Positions 9,245-10,830 of a DNA stretch of 10,830 nt are shown in pieces (the first letter of the stretch is position 1; each line of letters starts with the position of its first letter). Origin of the DNA: Candidatus Babeliales bacterium (GTDB taxonomy: Bacteria > Babelota > Babeliae > Babelales > Vermiphilaceae); NCBI GenBank assembly GCA_044451405.1, contig JBIOKB010000029.1, positions 1 to 10,830 on the forward strand. The letters run 5' to 3'. Both the position numbers and the translations under genes were made by a program. Below the pieces are notes generated by a model. It made no database searches, had not been told where the DNA came from, and was given only the letters and a program-made list of their open reading frames with translations.

Positions 9245-9745
9245 ATGAACCAATTAACCCGTTTATTTCGCAGTCTTAGTGGTTTAGCACTTGTAGGTTT
9301 GCTTGCAAGTTGTAGCTGCGGTTCAAAAGTTGAACAAAAACGCAGCGGTTTAGTGGTTATCAATGTTCTTGATAAAGAGGTGTATGACGATTGTCATATC
9401 AAGGGTTCAGTGAATGTGCCATTTACTAAGTTGAGCGAATATGCCCAAGGCCTTGATCCTGAAACAGCAGAAGTTGTTGTATATTGTAGTAATTATATGT
9501 GCTCGACCAGTGGACATGCATGCAAGCAGCTTATGAAGATGGGCTTTAAGCATGTGTGGGCATATGAGGGAGGTACTGCTGAGTGGTACCAAATGGGACT
9601 TCCGGTTGAAGGGCCATGTAAAAACTCATATTTAATACAAAAAATTATGCCCCCACGGCATGAGGGCGAGCAGGCCATAGCGATTATTACGACACAGGAA
9701 CTGGCAGAAAAAATGCATGTGAGCGCGGCAAAGCCCAGCCATTAA
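9245..9745 (+). CDS. Rhodanese-like domain lipoprotein
   Basis: Lipobox-like LLASC after a hydrophobic stretch. Rhodanese motifs 'Y..CHIKGSVNVP', 'VVVYC' (active-site loop), 'MGFKHVWAYEGG..EW' and 'GLPVE'. Confidence 0.85.
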   Translation: MNQLTRLFRSLSGLALVGLLASCSCGSKVEQKRSGLVVINVLDKEVYDDCHIKGSVNVPFTKLSEYAQGLDPETAEVVVYCSNYMCSTSGHACKQLMKMGFKHVWAYEGGTAEWYQMGLPVEGPCKNSYLIQKIMPPRHEGEQAIAIITTQELAEKMHVSAAKPSH

Positions 9746-9765
9746 TAGTATATAGAGGGGCGCCA

Positions 9766-9823
9766 GCCTGACGAAGTTTAATACTTCCTTGGGTTTGACT
9801 TCGAAGTAAAAACGTAGACAGGC
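9766..9823 (+). repeat. Half copy (hairpin 2 only) of the tRNA-associated structured repeat
   Basis: GCCTG-A-CGAAG-TTT..TACTTC...GAAGTA..AAA-CGTAG-A-CAGGC. Same architecture as 9994-10052 and 10265-10320. Confidence 0.6.
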
Positions 9824-9894
9824 GGCATAGCCAAGTGGTAAGGCATGGGTCTGCAAAACCTTGATCCCCGGTTCGAATCCGGGTGCCGCCTCCA
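9821..9894 (+). tRNA. tRNA-Cys (GCA)
   Basis: Acceptor stem GGCGGCA/TGCCGCC, D arm GCC-AAGTGGTAA-GGC, anticodon loop CTGCAAA, T arm CCCGG-TTCGAAT-CCGGG, discriminator T, encoded CCA. Confidence 0.97.
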
Positions 9895-10052
9895 TACTTT
9901 GCCTTTTCCACGATGCTTAACAAGAGCTGTGAAGGCTACGTATGGCAGGCCAAACTACGCCTGATGATGATTGACATAAAAAAGGCAAAGTATGCCCTTC
10001 ATAGCCTACAGCTTGCTCGTGTAATTCTTCGGTAGTAGAGGCGAAGTAGGGC
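9892..10052 (+). repeat. tRNA-3'-anchored structured repeat, copy 1
   Basis: 15-bp perfect inverted repeat 9893-9907/9980-9994. Conserved blocks GCCT...GGCTACG-NN-TGGC..GCCA...AGGC..AG-NN-TGCCC.TCATAGC...GCGA.G..GGGC, shared with 10170-10320. Confidence 0.75.
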
Positions 10053-10086
10053 AAAAAAGTAAGTAGTTAGTGGTTGAAATTAATGT

Positions 10087-10172
10087 GCCGAGGTGGCGGA
10101 ATGGTAGACGCAAAGGACTTAAAATCCTTCGGGCTTTTGCCTGTGCCGGTTCGAGTCCGGCTCTCGGCACCA
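10087..10172 (+). tRNA. tRNA-Leu (TAA)
   Basis: Acceptor stem GCCGAGG/TCTCGGC, anticodon arm AAGGA-CTTAAAA-TCCTT, long variable arm GGGC-TTTT-GCCT, T arm GCCGG-TTCGAGT-CCGGC, ending ACCA. Confidence 0.97.
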
Positions 10173-10320
10173 ATCTACGCCTGCATCGGGAAAGACTTCG
10201 ATGTTAAATTGGGCTACGATTGGCTACGCCAGTCTCTTTAACGGAATGACTAAAGGCGTAGATTGCCCCTCATAGCTCAGCTAATCTTCGTAGTTATTCT
10301 CTCGCAAGCGACGAGTGGGC
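10170..10320 (+). repeat. tRNA-3'-anchored structured repeat, copy 2 (leader of the GIY-YIG gene)
   Basis: 12-bp perfect inverted repeat 10171-10182/10254-10265, with the same conserved blocks and order as copy 1. Confidence 0.75.
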
Positions 10321-10344
10321 AGTCTGAGTGGCAAAGATATTGAT

Positions 10345-10593
10345 ATGTTCTATGTATATTTTCTTAAATCTCTTAAAAATTCTAAACAAGCATATATTGG
10401 CTATTCTACTAATGTAGAAGATCGCCTTGAAACACATAATTCCGGTAGATCGATTCATACAGCAAAATACAGACCCTGGGAATTAATCTACTATATTGCT
10501 TTTAAAAATTCTGGTGAAGCGAGGGAATTTGAAACATATTTAAAAACACCTTCAGGAAAAGCGTTTGCTCTCCGGCGATTATTACCAAAATAA
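10345..10593 (+). CDS. Stand-alone GIY-YIG nuclease (SLX1/UPF0213-like, 82 aa)
   Basis: YVY...YIG motif, conserved Arg and His (RLETHN), 'T.KYRPWELIY', and metal-binding Glu (AREFETYLK). ATG 10345 is preferred over GTG 10315, which lies inside the repeat hairpin. Confidence 0.9.
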   Translation: MFYVYFLKSLKNSKQAYIGYSTNVEDRLETHNSGRSIHTAKYRPWELIYYIAFKNSGEAREFETYLKTPSGKAFALRRLLPK

Positions 10594-10604
10594 ATTTATC
10601 AATC

Positions 10605-10662
10605 CTGTTCGTCCTGAACCTGACAAAGTAGTGTGCCAAAAGCACACTAGGGTATCGAACGG
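10605..10662. repeat. Nested palindrome (REP-like element or terminator-like hairpin) downstream of GIY-YIG
   Basis: Outer stem CTGTTCG/CGAACGG, inner perfect 8-bp stem TAGTGTGC-CAAAA-GCACACTA. Confidence 0.55.
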
Positions 10663-10690
10663 CATCTATTTATTAAAAAAAAGATACCAT

Positions 10691-10830
10691 ATGTGGCCAA
10701 GTTTTGCCTTATTATTACTCATCAACTCCAATCATGAAATCTTATTATTACGTCGCATAAATACCCCTTTTTGCAACCACTGTTACTCATTACCTGGTGG
10801 TAAAATAGAAGTTGGGGAGACTGCCACTCA
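10691..10830 (+). CDS. Nudix hydrolase, 5' part (runs off the window)
   Basis: Own translation: MWPSFALLLLINSNHEILLLRRINTPFCNHCYSLPGGKIEVGETAT. 'ILLLRR' and 'LPGGKIEVGET' are the start of a Nudix box (GX5E). Confidence 0.85.
   Translation, partial: MWPSFALLLLINSNHEILLLRRINTPFCNHCYSLPGGKIEVGETAT

Noticed and set aside
789-9678. Numerous 60-116 aa minus-strand and alternative-frame ORFs
   Set aside because: All lie within or across well-supported + strand genes and show no recognisable motifs.
9846-9862. Weak top of the tRNA-Cys anticodon stem (T-T and G-T pairs), possible pseudogene
   Set aside because: All other arms, the T discriminator and CCA are intact, and such mismatches are tolerated in tRNA-Cys.
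9632-9923. Minus-strand ORFs 9632-9895 and 9687-9923 (MEAAPGFEPGIKVLQTHALPLGYAA...)
   Set aside because: These are antisense translations of tRNA-Cys, a classic spurious ORF.
9971-9976. Perfect TTGACA -35 hexamer inside repeat copy 1
   Set aside because: No -10-like hexamer at 16-18 nt spacing, and it is absent from copy 2.
9766-10320. CRISPR array interpretation of the recurring GGCTACG/CTACGCC/CTTCG motifs
   Set aside because: No identical 23-47 nt direct repeats with regular spacers, and no cas genes.
9892-10320. T-box riboswitch, or prophage/integrative-element att site
   Set aside because: TGG can pair with CCA, but there is no T-box consensus or stem I. There is also no direct duplication of a tRNA 3' end and no integrase in the window.
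10315-10344. GTG-initiated extension of the GIY-YIG ORF
   Set aside because: The GTG lies within the closing stem of the repeat, and family members typically start at M-[FY]-YVY.

Overview
Bacterial genomic window, with every credible gene on the + strand. Gene style suggests a reduced, host-associated lineage such as Babeliae/Dependentiae (TM6); this is an impression, not a demonstrated assignment. Positions 90-9745 hold an envelope and housekeeping gene run: polytopic membrane protein, PlsC-type acyltransferase, batABCDE-like operon (VWA, VWA, TPR, BatD, TPR-SH3), membrane-anchored M23 peptidase, signal peptidase I and a lipoprotein rhodanese. Positions 9766-10830 hold tRNA-Cys(GCA), tRNA-Leu(TAA), a minimal stand-alone GIY-YIG nuclease and the start of a Nudix hydrolase. 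The most striking unexplained structure is a ~150-160 nt structured repeat that starts exactly at the CCA end of each tRNA and shows compensatory base changes between the two copies. A third, half copy overlaps the 5' end of tRNA-Cys, and the last copy leads directly into the GIY-YIG gene. This is a candidate tRNA-anchored, GIY-YIG-associated REP-like or structured-RNA mobile system.
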